Below, one piece after another: positions 16,307-25,120 of a stretch of 32,000 bases of DNA. The DNA is taken from positions 5,190,001 through 5,222,000 of the forward strand of contig NZ_CP064923.1 of NCBI RefSeq assembly GCF_018336915.1. Reading direction: 5' to 3'. The stretch comes from Acaryochloris marina S15 (lineage in GTDB: Bacteria; Cyanobacteriota; Cyanobacteriia; Thermosynechococcales; Thermosynechococcaceae). The notes under the pieces were generated by a model. It worked only from the letters and a program-made list of their open reading frames with translations. It ran no database searches and was not told the origin of the DNA. Position 1 is the first letter of the stretch, and every line of letters begins with the position of its first letter. Both the position numbers and the translations under genes were made by a program.

Positions 16307-17479
16307 TTACCGATAAACCGGCAACGTAAAGTGAAAACCACTGCCATGATCGGGAGCAGAATCCACCCAAATCTCACCGAAATGGTTCCCTACAATCCGT
16401 TTGCAGTGAGCAAGTCCCATGCCATACCCAGACTGGTCTTGATCTCGATCCAAACGATACTGGTTATCAAAAATATATTGTTGCTTTTCCTGGGGAATCC
16501 CTAAGCCATTGTCGCAAATGCTGACCTGCACCTTTTGGGTCGTCCGATGCACAACCAATAGTTTAATCTCGCCCCCCTCCGGCGTATATTTCATCGCATT
16601 ATCCAGCAAGTTGAGAATCACCTGCTGCACCTGATCAGCATCAGCATGGACGTTGGGGATATCGGGTGGAATATCGCTTTCTAATACCTGTGACTTAGTT
16701 TTGAGGGTATTCTGTACCCTTAAGATAATCTCTTGGCAAAGTCCACCTAAATCCAGTTGCTTAGGATGAATTTTAAGGTCGGGCTCACTTCCTTGGGAGG
16801 CTTCCAGTAAATTGGTGATCATACGCTCAATGATTTGGGTTTGGGTATGAGCATGCTTAACCAATCGTTTCAGCAGAGCCGGAGATAAATTGCGGATGAT
16901 CTCATTATCCTCATCCCATTGTCCTGCTAAGGTCTCTAAAGCAATGATCGCTGCCGTTAACGGGTTGCGGAGGTCATGGGCCAACATGGTAATCATGCGA
17001 TCCTTGAACTTGAGCTGATCCTGCAACGCTGCATTCTCTTGTTGCAGTCGAAACATTTGATCCGATAGCTGCATCAGTTGGGCAGCATCAGCAAAAGAGG
17101 TTGTGTCGTCGTCTAAGGTAACCTGATCTTTCAGCAATTCATTCTCAGATAAAGCATGTTGCCAATAGGGCCAAGACTCTTCCAACTGAGCGACCAAGTT
17201 GCTGCCTGCCAAAATATGCCGAGGCTCAGGCCGAATTTTGACTAACGCTGGCGTTGCCACCAGTTTGTAATACTCCACCAAGTAGGGTTGTTCAGAGACT
17301 TCAACCACATGCAGGTCGAAATCACAATCTGGTTTCAGAGTATCTAAATATTGCGATATTTGATGAATCTGTTCTTTAGCCGTTGTGCGTTTATCCACGA
17401 ACAACAGCAGCTGTAGTGAAGCATCAGACTTAACTACAGATTGTAGATGTTCAGTGTGGGTCTCGGAAGATGATCTCAT
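16307..17479 (-). CDS. sasA: adaptive-response sensor histidine kinase SasA (KaiB-like N-domain + HK)
   Basis: It has a KaiB/thioredoxin-like N-terminus (..LLLFVDKR..PYLVEYYKLVATPALVKI..) and the H-box MLAHDLRNPLTAA. The N box is LLDNAMKYTP and the G boxes are DNGLGIP and GYGMGLA. It ends ..FHFTLPVYR. Confidence 0.85.
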   Translation of the reverse strand: MRSSSETHTEHLQSVVKSDASLQLLLFVDKRTTAKEQIHQISQYLDTLKPDCDFDLHVVEVSEQPYLVEYYKLVATPALVKIRPEPRHILAGSNLVAQLEESWPYWQHALSENELLKDQVTLDDDTTSFADAAQLMQLSDQMFRLQQENAALQDQLKFKDRMITMLAHDLRNPLTAAIIALETLAGQWDEDNEIIRNLSPALLKRLVKHAHTQTQIIERMITNLLEASQGSEPDLKIHPKQLDLGGLCQEIILRVQNTLKTKSQVLESDIPPDIPNVHADADQVQQVILNLLDNAMKYTPEGGEIKLLVVHRTTQKVQVSICDNGLGIPQEKQQYIFDNQYRLDRDQDQSGYGMGLAHCKRIVGNHFGEIWVDSAPDHGSGFHFTLPVYR

Positions 17480-17666
17480 TCCGGTAGGTAGCTCAGGACA
17501 GAATAGACATGGGAGTTAAAAAAAACACAATCCTCAGAAGTAAGTCACATATGCTGACTTAACTTCATATTAATTGACAACGCCCCATACCGGATCAGGC
17601 CAACCATAGATATCGAGGTTTAAACTCTTAAACACTACTTTTTTTAATGCCTTGCATCCGCCCATT

Positions 17667-20600
17667 CTAGCGCCGAGTACAGGGATTTGTTACATCAGGG
17701 TGTCGCTGTTGGTAAGTCTGTAACCATTGGCATCCTTGCTGTAAGAGTTGAGGGAGGGTTCCAGTTTGCCAGATCCGAATGGCGTCATCTTTGCCCACTG
17801 TCATCAAAGACTTGCCATCCGCTGCAAATTGCAGACTATACACGGCCCCTTGATGTCCCATCAATTCTGCTAATTGTTGCCCTTTAGAGGTCCAAATTTT
17901 GACAATCCCATCTTGCCCAGCCGTTGCCAGACGCTGTCCATCGGCACTGAGCACCAAGCGAAGAATATCGTTGGGATGACTCTGAAATTGCTGCTGCAGC
18001 TGGCCTTTACCCGACCAAAATTTAACAGAACCATCTTTCCCCACCGTCACAATCTGCTTGCCATCAGGGCTAAAGCGGACATCACTAAGCCACCCTTGCT
18101 GGGCATCAAATTGCCTCAGCTTTTTACCAGAAGGTGTCCAGACCTTGACTTGCCCTTCTCTACCAGCCGTCACCAGTCGCTTGCCATCAGGGCTAAATCG
18201 GATCGCCCATAGGGGCTGGGTAGAGGCTTCAAATTGTTGATGGTCTTGGGACTGAAAATCCCATAGATGGACGGTCCCATCATTGGCCGCCGCCGCTAGC
18301 ATCTCACCCTTGGGAGCATAGCTGAGGGAATACACTCCTTTTTTATCAACGAGATGGTCCTCTAATTTACGGCCCTGTAAATCCCACATGCGGACATAGC
18401 CATCTTCACCCGCTGTCGCTAACCGCTTTTGATCAGGACTGAACACAACATCGTTGCCTTTATTGTGGGCTTGTTTTTCCCACAACAAGGTTCCATTTTT
18501 CTGCCACAGCCGCAACATGCCATCCTTGCCCGTTGTCGCCACGGTGTCTTGTTGGGGGTGCAGCGCGATACTCCAAATACTCTTATGCTGGCCTGCCCAT
18601 TGTTGCTGGCCAGCTAGGTTCCATAAGTGGAGGCTGCCATTTCTGCCTGTGGTCAGCAGACTTTGACCATCTGGGCTAAAGCTAGCGCTACTCACCAATC
18701 CAGAATGTCCTTTTAGCTCTGCCAATTTTCTCCCAGCAAAGTCCCAAACTCGAATCGTACTATCTTCCCCTAGGGTCACCAATTTTTGTCCTGTGGGGCT
18801 GGCATCAATCAGATATAGAGACGTTTGACTGCCTCGCCAGACATTCAAAGGTTGGGTACTAGACGCACTCCACAGACGAATCAGGCCATCGGTGCCGACC
18901 ATAGCAAACCGTTGATTTTGCTGGCTTGAAGAAGAGGTCCCAGGCGCTGTATCGGGGAGAAAGCTCACACTGTTTAACTTGAGGTTGGGATTGATTCGGC
19001 TTTTCCATTCCCTCAGTTTCTGTCCCGATAGCGTCCAAGCCTGCATCGTACCGTCTGTCCCAACGGTCACCACGGTCTGTCCATCGGGATTAAAACTCAA
19101 ACTACTCACAGAGCCATTATTGGCCGTGAACTGAGCCAACTGCTGACCAGCTTGACTCCAGATATAAACCCGACCATCGGTAGCAGCGGTAGCAAATTGG
19201 TCACGATTAGGGCTAAACCGAATACTTCTAAGTCTGCCAATCTTCTGTTGGGCTGTTGACTTGAGGTCACCTTCAGCATCCCAAAACTGGAGCTGTCCCA
19301 CCGGAGTGATGGTCAAAACCTGGTCATTTTTGAGGAATGCTGCAAACCGGATGCCTTTAGGATTGGCTTGAAACGCTTGTAGCTGCTCACCCGTTGGGGA
19401 CCAAATTCGGACATAGCCATCTTTTCCTGCGGTAATCAGTTGATCGCCGCCAGGACTAAAGGAACCACTATAAATGCGTCCCTTATGCCCCTGCCAGGTA
19501 TTCGTTTCATACATATTGTCCAGAATGCTCTGGAGGACAAACAGGGGTTTGACGGTGGGATAGTCTTGCAGCTGGCGTTTAGTAGGGACTAAGTCTTGCA
19601 GTTTTTGGCCTAGCTCAATCGCGGACTGCAGGGCCTGTAGCTGATTCGTGGGGAATTGCCGGAGAGTAATCACCCCTTCCTGTTCCAAGGACAGACTTTG
19701 CTGAGATTCTTGCAGATCTCGCCCCGTACGAATGCCAACTGCAATCGCCAAAACGGAGATACCGGAGACCAATGCCAAGGCTGCGATCGCAACTCTGACA
19801 ATTCGACGGGCCTTGCCATGGGCCTCCGTCAAAATATGGTTGGCCTCTTCCATAGCTTTCTTGGACTGGCGCTCGGTGGCGAGGCTGACTTCGACTTCTT
19901 GCTTGTCAGCGTTCTGACTCGCGCTTAAAAACTGATAGTCCTGGTCACTTAAGCTTTTGGTATTGGACCAGGCCAAAGCCTCCCGTAAGGCTTGACCTCG
20001 AAGAAGCCGGGACATATCTTGTCCGTCAGACTGCAACCAAGACTGCATCACATCGGCATAGGGCCGCAATTGCGCCAATTGCTGCTCGACCCAAGTCAGA
20101 TCAAAGATTTTTGCATAAATGCGATTGTGAATATAAAGCTGCCCTTGTTGCTGAATCACCAAGCCCGACAACAGGAGCTCCATTTGTTCAGAACTATTGT
20201 CTGTGGGGGTACCCACTTGCCAATCGGGTTGGTCTAGCAGCTTCTGATAACTGCCGAGCAGCCGTCCCGCTCGCTTTTCATTTTGCAGCAGGCGATTGCG
20301 AATGGTGCGGAGGTGCTCTGGTTCATCTTGGGCCTCCCAACTATGGAGAATTTGCAATTGAACCAAATCGGTCACAACCTGCGCTTCATCGCCTGGGGGA
20401 ATAGCAGAACCCGTGGTCAGGAGCTTACACAGCTTTTGGGTCAAAAAAGGTTGCCCATTCGTCCAATCTAAAACGGCCTGTACTAGCTGTTCTGGGTGTT
20501 GGGACACATCACTCAGTCCTACCGTCAGCGGCCGAGCTGCTGCGGATTGAAACCCACGGAGGTGAATCGCTCGGCCAATATTAAAAGGCGTACGCTGCTG

Positions 20601-21218
20601 GTCTTGAATTAGTTGAGAGGGGGTAGCGACGCCGAACAGAGCAAAGGTGAGGCGCTTAAAGTCATCGCGATCGACCCGACTGTTGTAATGGGCGCGCAGC
20701 AGGGCAAAGAAATCATCGGCAGAAAAGCTGAGGCTGAGCAGGCTATCAACTTCATCAATAAAGATCACCATGTTCTGGGGGACATGGACAAACAGCACCT
20801 GTTCAATAAAGTCCGTCAGGCGTTGGGCGGGGGATAACAGGGTGCGATCTCGCCACCAAGACCGCAAATGAAACTTGTCCCCCAGCTTAAATTCGCTGAC
20901 CAATGCCCCAATCAGACTGGCATACCACTGCTCTGCGGTAATATTCTGGCTGCCAATTTTAGTGACATCAATGGAGGCGCAGGCAAACCCTTCCACGGTC
21001 AAGCGCTTCATGGTATGCACACGCAAACTGGATTTGCCCATCTGACGAGCTGTGAGTACGTAGCAAAATTCCCCTGCTTTTAGGGCTTGATACAAATCAC
21101 GATCGGCTTGGCGGACGACATAGGTCCGGGCATCAACGGGTAAACTTCCCCCCACTTGATAGGGATTGATCGGCGACGTATCAGTCGTCCAGTCTGAGAC
21201 AGAGGTATCCATAGGCAA
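17667..21218 (-). CDS. AAA-like (AAA_35/STAND-type) NTPase - coiled coil - single TM - 14x WD40 repeat protein
   Basis: 1183 aa. Walker A is ARQMGKSS (21027-21050) and Walker B is VIFIDEVD (20745-20768). A hydrophobic helix [24 protein letters not shown] spans 19731-19802. I counted 14 WD-type blades by their ..(R/K)(I/V/L/F)W.. ends (aa ~577-1152, nt 17763-19490). Confidence 0.85.
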   Translation of the reverse strand: MPMDTSVSDWTTDTSPINPYQVGGSLPVDARTYVVRQADRDLYQALKAGEFCYVLTARQMGKSSLRVHTMKRLTVEGFACASIDVTKIGSQNITAEQWYASLIGALVSEFKLGDKFHLRSWWRDRTLLSPAQRLTDFIEQVLFVHVPQNMVIFIDEVDSLLSLSFSADDFFALLRAHYNSRVDRDDFKRLTFALFGVATPSQLIQDQQRTPFNIGRAIHLRGFQSAAARPLTVGLSDVSQHPEQLVQAVLDWTNGQPFLTQKLCKLLTTGSAIPPGDEAQVVTDLVQLQILHSWEAQDEPEHLRTIRNRLLQNEKRAGRLLGSYQKLLDQPDWQVGTPTDNSSEQMELLLSGLVIQQQGQLYIHNRIYAKIFDLTWVEQQLAQLRPYADVMQSWLQSDGQDMSRLLRGQALREALAWSNTKSLSDQDYQFLSASQNADKQEVEVSLATERQSKKAMEEANHILTEAHGKARRIVRVAIAALALVSGISVLAIAVGIRTGRDLQESQQSLSLEQEGVITLRQFPTNQLQALQSAIELGQKLQDLVPTKRQLQDYPTVKPLFVLQSILDNMYETNTWQGHKGRIYSGSFSPGGDQLITAGKDGYVRIWSPTGEQLQAFQANPKGIRFAAFLKNDQVLTITPVGQLQFWDAEGDLKSTAQQKIGRLRSIRFSPNRDQFATAATDGRVYIWSQAGQQLAQFTANNGSVSSLSFNPDGQTVVTVGTDGTMQAWTLSGQKLREWKSRINPNLKLNSVSFLPDTAPGTSSSSQQNQRFAMVGTDGLIRLWSASSTQPLNVWRGSQTSLYLIDASPTGQKLVTLGEDSTIRVWDFAGRKLAELKGHSGLVSSASFSPDGQSLLTTGRNGSLHLWNLAGQQQWAGQHKSIWSIALHPQQDTVATTGKDGMLRLWQKNGTLLWEKQAHNKGNDVVFSPDQKRLATAGEDGYVRMWDLQGRKLEDHLVDKKGVYSLSYAPKGEMLAAAANDGTVHLWDFQSQDHQQFEASTQPLWAIRFSPDGKRLVTAGREGQVKVWTPSGKKLRQFDAQQGWLSDVRFSPDGKQIVTVGKDGSVKFWSGKGQLQQQFQSHPNDILRLVLSADGQRLATAGQDGIVKIWTSKGQQLAELMGHQGAVYSLQFAADGKSLMTVGKDDAIRIWQTGTLPQLLQQGCQWLQTYQQRHPDVTNPCTRR
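19783..19790. repeat. HIP1 palindrome GCGATCGC
   Basis: perfect octamer read in sequence. Confidence 0.95.
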
Positions 21219-21277
21219 ACCATAACCAGCGATGGGCAGTCCCTAGGGGAAGCACCCATAGTCACAAAATATCACCC

Positions 21278-23866
21278 TCATTCCCTGGCCCCTTGCTCTG
21301 CCGCCACCGTTGCAAAATATTGACGATAGAGATCGCAACGGGGTTGCGCCCCATTCCCAACCAGTTGAATGAGACCTAAACTGTGCAGCTTAAACAACAC
21401 AGAGGGTTCTAGAGAGATAGCCTGTTCAGCCGTAACAGCGGCAATAAAGGATTTTGCCAATTGTTGATGCTGTTGCAAATTCCACCAATGGCCCCTTAGA
21501 TGATCGCGGAATAGTCCTGCTTCCGTCGGAGCTGTTTCCAGCAGTTGGTCTAAACTCATATCTCCCTTGGCAACGTGATACAGGGCCAGTCGGATCAGAT
21601 AGGGATGGCCACCTATGAGGGTTTGAAGCTGGGTAATCTGAGCTTCATCCCAATCCAAGTGATGTAGCTCTGCCAGTTGGCTAATTTGCGCTAAAGAGAA
21701 TTCTGGTAAATCAATGGGTAAGCCGACATTAAAGGGGGACTGATTGGTGTTGAGGGGAATATAGACCTCAGTTGCATGAACGACGATAAGCCGCAATTTC
21801 TGCCAGATTTCTTGGTTTTTGGCTTCTTCATGCCAAGCCCGCAGCAAACCAAAAAAGTCGCTGGCAATCTCAGGATATTCAAACACTCGATCCACTTCAT
21901 CGAGGGCCAAGGTCAAGGGGCCATCTAAATCAGGCAGAATATACTCTTCGAAATAAGCGGTGCAATTGTATTTACTGCCAAAAATGTCGTCCCAAGTTTC
22001 AGAAATTCGATTGGGCAAACGCAATCTGCGACTGACACTCGCACAGAGCCACTGCAAGAGCTTGTCCAGATCCGTAAATACCTTGCCATCCGCCAATTGC
22101 AAATTTAACGACACCGTATTCAACCCTTGGCTGGAGGCTTCATGGAGAATTCTAGCCATAAGTGAAGTTTTACCCATTTGCCGAGGAGCTTTGATGCGAA
22201 TTAACGACCCAGGTTGCACTACAGTTTCCGCACAGCGGATTTCAATGGGGGGACGCTCAATATAAAACGCCGATGCTACATTCACCTGTCCTTCTGGCAA
22301 TTCTGGCTCAGCGACGGGTAATGGGGGCGCATCGGATTTTTGCTTGGGTGGCGGCACCGTGGGGAATGAACCCGAACTCACTTGTTCAGCGGTTCGAGTC
22401 ACTGAAGCACTGGCATCCAAGGTTGCCAAAATGTCTTGGACCAGGTTGGGCGTATCGCTGGCCGATCGCCAAATGCGCTGCTGCAGCCGATGCAAATATC
22501 CTCGTAATTCGTAATTCAAGGAACCATCCATCGGCAAATCAACCCGAATGGGCACAATTTGAGGTCGCTGTTCCGAACGACTCTGATGCAATGCTTTGAC
22601 CGCTCGCACTTCCTGCAGCATCAACTCGCTATGGGCCGAGGCCCGAGACAAGAGCAAGACATAAAAGTCACAAGCCTTGAGAGCGTGATCAATATGCTGC
22701 GCCCAATTCTCTTTTAGCTCCAGGCTCTGGGTAGACATAAACGGCTGATAGCCTGCCCCTTTAACCGCTTCAAATAAGTCCTTAGCAACCTGCAGCTCGG
22801 GTTCCCGATTCAACGCACTAATAAAAACCTGGCTAGTCACTTCCGCCAACGGTTGAGTCGCACTTTCCGGATCAGCGGCAAGGGAATCTGATCCTAAGGA
22901 GCCCTTGGGGAAATCAGCCGGACGAGCCACTTGCGGGGTGGTTTGATAGCTACGTTCTACAGTGGGGTCAGCATCGCCAGCCCAAAAGTTTTGTACGGGC
23001 GATCGCAAGATTTTGCCAACTTTTTGGAACCATCCTGACGAGGGTTGGGCTTGGAGTTCTTTTAAGACCTCTTCTGCAGATTGATACCGATATTGAAAGT
23101 GGTAGCGGACCATTTGCTGTAGCACATCCGCAAGGGCTGGGCTAACAGACACTTCTTCCTGCCAGTCAATCTCGCCCTGGGCTGTTTGGGTAAATTGGGT
23201 CGGGTTTTTACCAATAAAGGCCTCAATCCCAATCATGCCTAAAGCATAAAGATCGCTATTCGCTCGGGGACGGCCCTGGGCCTGTTCAGGAGCCATATAG
23301 CCAGGGGTGCCAATGGCAATCGTTCCCCCAACCGGTAAGGGTTGATGGGGATCACTACTCAGTTCTTTACGCAGCTGCTTGACGGCACCAAAGTCGATCA
23401 GGACCAGCCGACCATCCTGCTGCCGACGAATAATATTTTCTGGCTTGATATCGCGGTGAATGACATTGAATTGGTTAATGAAGGCCAGAATCGACAAAAT
23501 ATCCTGCAGGAGTTGAGTGACCTGTTCTTCTGACCATTGACAGCCCTGGGGTAATTCTTTGCGCAGTAAGTGACCGGGGATATATTCCTGAACGAGATAA
23601 AACTCTTGTTTTTCCTCAAAATAGGCTAATAAACGAGTAATCTGATCATGACTTCCTAATTTCTCCAGCATGACGGCTTCCCGCTCAAATAGAGACCGTG
23701 CTTTCGGTAAAAACTCAGGATCTCGTTTCGCCGGCTTGAGATGCTTGACCACACATTGGGGGCGATCGGGACGATGAATATCCACAGCCAGATAAGTCTG
23801 ACCAAAACTACCGCCGCCTAAGGTTTCCTGAACTTGATATCGTCCACCGAGGGTTCGACCGAGCAT
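21278..23866 (-). CDS. Ser/Thr protein kinase - TIR-like domain - AAA-like (AAA_35/STAND-type) NTPase fusion protein
   Basis: 862 aa. The kinase has GGGSFGQ, VVKHLK, HRDIKPEN (23435-23458), DFG and GTPGYMAPE. The TIR-like block is aa ~346-466 (22469-22831): QVFISALNRE..ACDFYVLLLSRASAHSELMLQEV..IVPIRVD. The NTPase has Walker A APRQMGKTS (22163-22189) and Walker B LTLALDEVD. Confidence 0.85.
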   Translation of the reverse strand: MLGRTLGGRYQVQETLGGGSFGQTYLAVDIHRPDRPQCVVKHLKPAKRDPEFLPKARSLFEREAVMLEKLGSHDQITRLLAYFEEKQEFYLVQEYIPGHLLRKELPQGCQWSEEQVTQLLQDILSILAFINQFNVIHRDIKPENIIRRQQDGRLVLIDFGAVKQLRKELSSDPHQPLPVGGTIAIGTPGYMAPEQAQGRPRANSDLYALGMIGIEAFIGKNPTQFTQTAQGEIDWQEEVSVSPALADVLQQMVRYHFQYRYQSAEEVLKELQAQPSSGWFQKVGKILRSPVQNFWAGDADPTVERSYQTTPQVARPADFPKGSLGSDSLAADPESATQPLAEVTSQVFISALNREPELQVAKDLFEAVKGAGYQPFMSTQSLELKENWAQHIDHALKACDFYVLLLSRASAHSELMLQEVRAVKALHQSRSEQRPQIVPIRVDLPMDGSLNYELRGYLHRLQQRIWRSASDTPNLVQDILATLDASASVTRTAEQVSSGSFPTVPPPKQKSDAPPLPVAEPELPEGQVNVASAFYIERPPIEIRCAETVVQPGSLIRIKAPRQMGKTSLMARILHEASSQGLNTVSLNLQLADGKVFTDLDKLLQWLCASVSRRLRLPNRISETWDDIFGSKYNCTAYFEEYILPDLDGPLTLALDEVDRVFEYPEIASDFFGLLRAWHEEAKNQEIWQKLRLIVVHATEVYIPLNTNQSPFNVGLPIDLPEFSLAQISQLAELHHLDWDEAQITQLQTLIGGHPYLIRLALYHVAKGDMSLDQLLETAPTEAGLFRDHLRGHWWNLQQHQQLAKSFIAAVTAEQAISLEPSVLFKLHSLGLIQLVGNGAQPRCDLYRQYFATVAAEQGARE
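22999..23006. repeat. HIP1 palindrome GCGATCGC
   Basis: perfect octamer read in sequence. Confidence 0.95.
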
Positions 23867-24000
23867 ACTCTGTAATGCTTATGTGAGAGGTGTACTGTCT
23901 TTTCTCAACCACTACAGACCATCAACACAGTTGATCAGGGATCTGTACTAGACCTATTGTCACGCGTTTGGCGAGCAAAGAGGAGGTTGGATTGTCGGCA

Positions 24001-24045
24001 AATACCAAAACCCAACCGTATCCTAACTGCTTGAGGATACGGTTG
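24001..24045 (-). terminator. intrinsic terminator (minus strand) downstream of the acidic/basic protein locus
   Basis: Perfect 12-bp stem CAACCGTATCCT (24013-24024) / AGGATACGGTTG (24034-24045) with a 9-nt loop. On the minus strand it is followed by GGTTTTGGTATT. Confidence 0.55.
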
Positions 24046-24106
24046 TAGTGATTTTGACATCGGCTTGATTAAGACTCTCAGTAGGAGGCCAGATCCTGCA
24101 GGTCTT

Positions 24107-24256
24107 TTAGGGACGCCGCATCATCGGTCTAACGGTTTTGATTCTGCGAAATTGACGCTTTTGGGTCGGGGAACGACGCAGGGTAGGACGAATGCGCCGC
24201 CCCGTTGACTTCATCCGCCGCCGATTCGTTTTAAGGCGCTTCCCTAAAGATTTCAT
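24107..24256 (-). other. 49-codon Arg/Lys-rich open frame: a separate micro-ORF or the frameshifted C-terminal tail of the upstream gene
   Basis: ATG (24254-24256) opens MKSLGKRLKTNRRRMKSTGRRIRPTLRRSPTQKRQFRRIKTVRPMMRRP with a stop at 24107-24109. The same frame is open back to ~24370 and reads ..GKVKSKRVQPSARRLKILRKKIKFNRRP.. It lies between the upstream stop (24331) and the terminator (24001-24045). Confidence 0.3.
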
Positions 24257-24330
24257 GGGGCGACGATTGAACTTGATTTTTTTACGAAGTATTTTGAGGC
24301 GACGAGCACTGGGCTGAACGCGCTTGGACT

Positions 24331-25029
24331 TTACCTTACCCGTCGAGTTCCTGGCTTGAGGCGATACCGTTTCTTTTGCAAGGACTTATTGTTCTGAAGT
24401 CTAGTCTTGCGAACTAAGCCTTTTGGCTGTTTGGAGGGAGATTTAATGGCTTTAGTGGGAACCAATACCTTGGGACCCGCAGGGATTGCTTCTGGAACTG
24501 CGGGTAATCCTTCCTCAACAGGTTCGGCTAAACCAGGGTCTGGATGTTCACCAAAGTCATCATCGGGTGGGAATGCATTGTCATTCCCAGAAGCCCCGAT
24601 CCCAATGAGGGGGCCTTCAGTACCGATATTGATATTGACATTGATGGCAGGACCGCTAGAGTCTTGCGTCTCTTCTACCAAGGCTGTGTCATCTGCGTTA
24701 GCAAATTCATCTTCTGCAAGGGAATCAACTGCCACAGGGGAACAAAGTTCAGTAGGTTCTAGGCCTTCTTGAGCATCCTCACCAGTTGCTTCAACTTTGG
24801 TTTCCTTACTTTCGCTCATCGTGGGCAGACAATCTTCTGTGAGCAATTCTTCAGTTAACTCAGATGGTTCAGTTCCCAAAGAGATAGGAATGTCTTCTGT
24901 TGGGGTGGGATTAGCCTCGGAGGCGAGACTAGCGAGGGGATTCATCCCAACCACCAGGCAAGCCATTAGAAATACTTGCAGTTTGTTAGGTGCAGGATGA
25001 GCAGAGCCAGCCGTTTGTTTCAGCATCAT
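24331..25029 (-). CDS. secreted, highly acidic low-complexity protein with basic C-terminal tail (hypothetical)
   Basis: 232 aa. It has a signal-peptide-like N-terminus (..KLQVFLMACLVVGMNPLASLASEA) and a long D/E/P/T-rich region. The last ~45 aa are K/R-rich (..KQPKGLVRKTRLQNNKSLQKKRYRLKPGTRRVR). Confidence 0.6.
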   Translation of the reverse strand: MMLKQTAGSAHPAPNKLQVFLMACLVVGMNPLASLASEANPTPTEDIPISLGTEPSELTEELLTEDCLPTMSESKETKVEATGEDAQEGLEPTELCSPVAVDSLAEDEFANADDTALVEETQDSSGPAINVNINIGTEGPLIGIGASGNDNAFPPDDDFGEHPDPGLAEPVEEGLPAVPEAIPAGPKVLVPTKAIKSPSKQPKGLVRKTRLQNNKSLQKKRYRLKPGTRRVR

Positions 25030-25120
25030 TACAGTTCCTTGTAGTCGTCAGCGTTGAGAAGAATTAGCTTGTACTGTTCTCTTAGGACCAACACGGTTGG
25101 TTTATGCACGCTGCTGAACA

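Noticed and set aside
17687-21083. About a dozen plus-strand ORFs of 60-112 aa antisense to the WD40/NTPase gene
   Set aside because: All lie antisense within one long, motif-rich CDS. Their repetitive composition mirrors the WD40 repeats on the other strand.
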